Below are positions 61,410-64,000 of a stretch of DNA of 64,000 bases, in pieces. The stretch lies in NCBI RefSeq assembly GCF_963921235.1, contig NC_086097.1, forward strand, positions 195,302,001 to 195,366,000. Direction: 5' to 3'. The stretch's first letter is position 1. The number at the start of each line of letters is the position of its first letter. The DNA is from Mobula hypostoma (lineage: Eukaryota). A program made the position numbers and the translations under genes. Below the pieces are notes generated by a model. The model was given only the letters and a program-made list of their open reading frames with translations. It did not search any database and had not been told where the DNA came from.

Positions 61410-64000
61410 GATAGTCAGAGAGTGGTTGGACGGTTGCCTCTCTGACTGGAGGCATGTGGCTAGTGAAGAGCTGCAGGGAGCATTCTTGGTCCATTGTTGT
61501 ATGTCATCTATATCAACAATCTGGATGATAATGTGGTAAATTAGATCAACATATTTGCAGACGACATCAAGATTGTGGTTGGACAGTGAGGAAGACTATC
61601 AAAGTTGGTTCAACTAGAAAAGTGGGTTGAAAAATGGCAGACGGAATTTAATGCAGACAAGTGTGAGGCATTGCATTTTAAGAGGACAAAGCAGGGTAGG
61701 ACTTACACAGTCAGCAGTAGGGAATTGAGGAGTGGGGTAGAACAGAGGGATCTAGGTATACAGATCCACAATTCCATGAAAGTGCTGTCACAAGTTGTTA
61801 GGGGTCATAAACTTTTGGAACATTGGCCTTCATAAATCAATATATTGAATGCAGGAGATGGGATGTTAGGCTGAAATTATATAAGACATTGGTGAGGCCT
61901 AATTTAAAGTAACGTGCAGTTTTGGTCAGCTACCTACAGGAATGATGTAAATAAGCTTGACAGTGTGCAGAAAAAATTTACAAGGATGTTGTCAGGGCTT
62001 GAGGACCTGAGTTATATCGGGAAAGGTTGAGTAAATTAGGACTTCATTCTCTAGAATAGTGGTCACCAACCTTTTTAAGCCCAAGATCCCCTACCTTGAC
62101 CTTAGTAAAAGGCAAGCTCTACGTACTAAATGATTTAGAGAAAAAAAATCTCAGATTGTACTTCCAATTTGAGGCCTTTTATTTGGGCTAATTGTATTTG
62201 AATTACACAATACTTTCGTCAAACTTTCAAATTAATTCAAGCAAGAAAACACTAACTAGCATATCAAATAGGCCACAGCTGTCTTACTTTAAGAATATTA
62301 CAATACTTCACACCTTTAATTCCAATTTTCATTATTTAATTTTATTTCAACATGAAAAATAAATGAATAAAAATTGACTGTTGCACATAGTGTAATGACT
62401 GGGGCTGAATACTTTCTGCTAGTCCCCTGAAATTTGGCACATAACTACAGACAGCCAGTCTGAGACAGTCTATGAGGTGTCTGTCAGTAGGACAGCTCCT
62501 GTACTAGATTTAATAATTTTCATCTGTGAAAATGCAATTTCACATAGGTAAGTTGACCCGAAGTAGGCACTGACTTTTAGTGCTATAAAACCAATGCGCA
62601 CACTGCGCATTGCTGGGGCCTCATCAGTGGTAATTGCCACCAGTTTATGAATGGGGATGTCATTTTCACGGACATATTTTTTTAACTCCTTGTAAGTATC
62701 CTCACCTCTCGTTTTCTCCTTTAATTGCAAAAGAGTGAGGAAGTCCTCCTTTGTTGTTAGATTCTGGAAAGCCATACTGACAAATACAACAAGCTGAGCT
62801 GTTTGCATTACATCCAGGGATTCATCAAACTGTAGTGAAAATCATTCACAGAGTGACAAGTCGATCCACGAACTCTGACAGTGACTCTGCCCTCCTTGTC
62901 ACTGTTGCAGGGCCAAGCGGTATATTATGTATTGTGGTTGTGATGCCGTTTTTGTTTTTAAAGTCATTAAAAACAGTCTCTGCGGTAATGGCCATTGCTT
63001 CCTTGAATAAATTGCCATCTGTAAAAGACTTCTTGTGTTTAGCCAAAAGGTGACTTACATGAAATGATGCTTCAATAGCAGCCTTACTTTGAGCAGTATG
63101 TTTTTTGAAAAACGATTGCTGGGCCTTCAACCCAGATTTCAGTTCCTCCACTTTCCTGGCATGAATTGCTCTCTTTGGGGTGTAGGTGTCTTTAAATTCC
63201 TGGTGGTTGGCGTTGTGCTGCTGCTCCAGATTCCCTCTCTTAGTCAGTGCTTGTGTTTGATGGCACAACATACATACACACTTGTCTTTCACCAAGGTAC
63301 ATAGGAATTCTTCTTCCCATTCTAGATGGAATTTGTACATTTTCGCCGCGTTTTGTGGAGCCTCCGCCATGCTATCAGGATATCATGAGCGATTGCCGAT
63401 TGCGTCGCCTCTGATCTGGGCCGACATTTATGTGCCGGGCGGCACCTAATTAATTAGCTGGTTTATTTCGGCTTTTTTCTTAAAGATGCGCTGTGTGTGT
63501 TCCGACTACCGCTGCACCCCTGCATTCTTCGCAGCAATGTATCGGTCCACGGCCCGGAGGACGGGGACACTGCCGTATATTGATGTTTGCGACAATCTGT
63601 ACTCTTATCTAATCTAATTGGTCACTTTGATGCAGCACAAGCTATGCTGAAAACGCGGTACATGGCAGGGGAGCTACACACGAGCACACTGGGCAGAAAG
63701 AACAGAACTAAAACCCTGCAACCCGGAAACAATCTCTCTTTACAAACAGCTTTCAGTAGCGAAAGTATTGCTATATTACCATTATCCTAATTAGTATTAT
63801 TTTTTTGAATGCTCACATTACAACAGTATTTGTGTATTTTTGATTTTTTTTGCGATCTACTGAGAAAGTCTCAAAGATTGACCGGTCAATCGCGATCGAC
63901 GGGTTGGCGACCACTACCCTTGAATATGGTAGACTGAGAAGAGATTTGATAGAGGTATACAAAATTATGAGGGGTATAGATAGGGTAAACGCAAGCAGGC
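61410..64000 (+). mobile_element. CR1 3' part interrupted by hAT, running off the window
   Basis: IYINNLD..FADDIK, WQTEFNADKCE; resumes at 63925 agactgagaagagatttgatagaggtatacaaaattatg. Confidence 0.85.
62057..63916 (-). mobile_element. hAT-Charlie (GTF2IRD2/EPM2AIP1-like) transposon with internally deleted transposase
   Basis: TIRs tagtggtcaccaacc / ggttggcgaccacta; flanks ctctagaa / cccttgaa (NTCTAGAN-like); KCVCMLC..NLEQQH...H, LQFDES, ITTDEAPAM, FGSTYLCEIAFS.MKIIKS. Confidence 0.9.

Noticed and set aside
60624..61445. 273-aa ORF
   Set aside because: It is a chance fusion of the CR1 ORF1 esterase with unrelated downstream repeat fragments.
1..64000. Prokaryotic-type systems (CRISPR, retron, RT defence loci)
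   Set aside because: All RTs are eukaryotic non-LTR types; there are no repeat-spacer arrays or operons.

Overview
Repeat-dense vertebrate DNA with no recognisable host protein-coding gene, so probably intergenic or deep intronic. The repeat set suggests a cartilaginous fish (inference): abundant CR1 LINEs with zf/esterase ORF1, Rex1/Babar, RTE and L1 LINEs, Penelope-like fragments, a SacSINE1-like DeuSINE, and hAT, Tc1, Chapaev3 and Gypsy remnants. Every long ORF in the track is transposon-derived, and many insertions are nested with readable target-site duplications (TSDs). The most notable signals are: (i) two Penelope-derived fold-back insertions with clean TSDs, the longer carrying two minimal type I hammerhead ribozyme motifs in inverted orientation; (ii) a Chapaev3 transposon split by a Rex1 LINE; (iii) a five-element nest in which a CR1 landed in the YADD codons of an RTE; (iv) three near-identical CR1 copies whose shared variants are mutually incongruent; (v) a young CR1 with an uninterrupted ~750-codon ORF2 segment; and (vi) two weak candidate minus-strand exons in unique AT-rich DNA. 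Family assignments rest on motif recognition by eye, and boundaries without a stated TSD are approximate.
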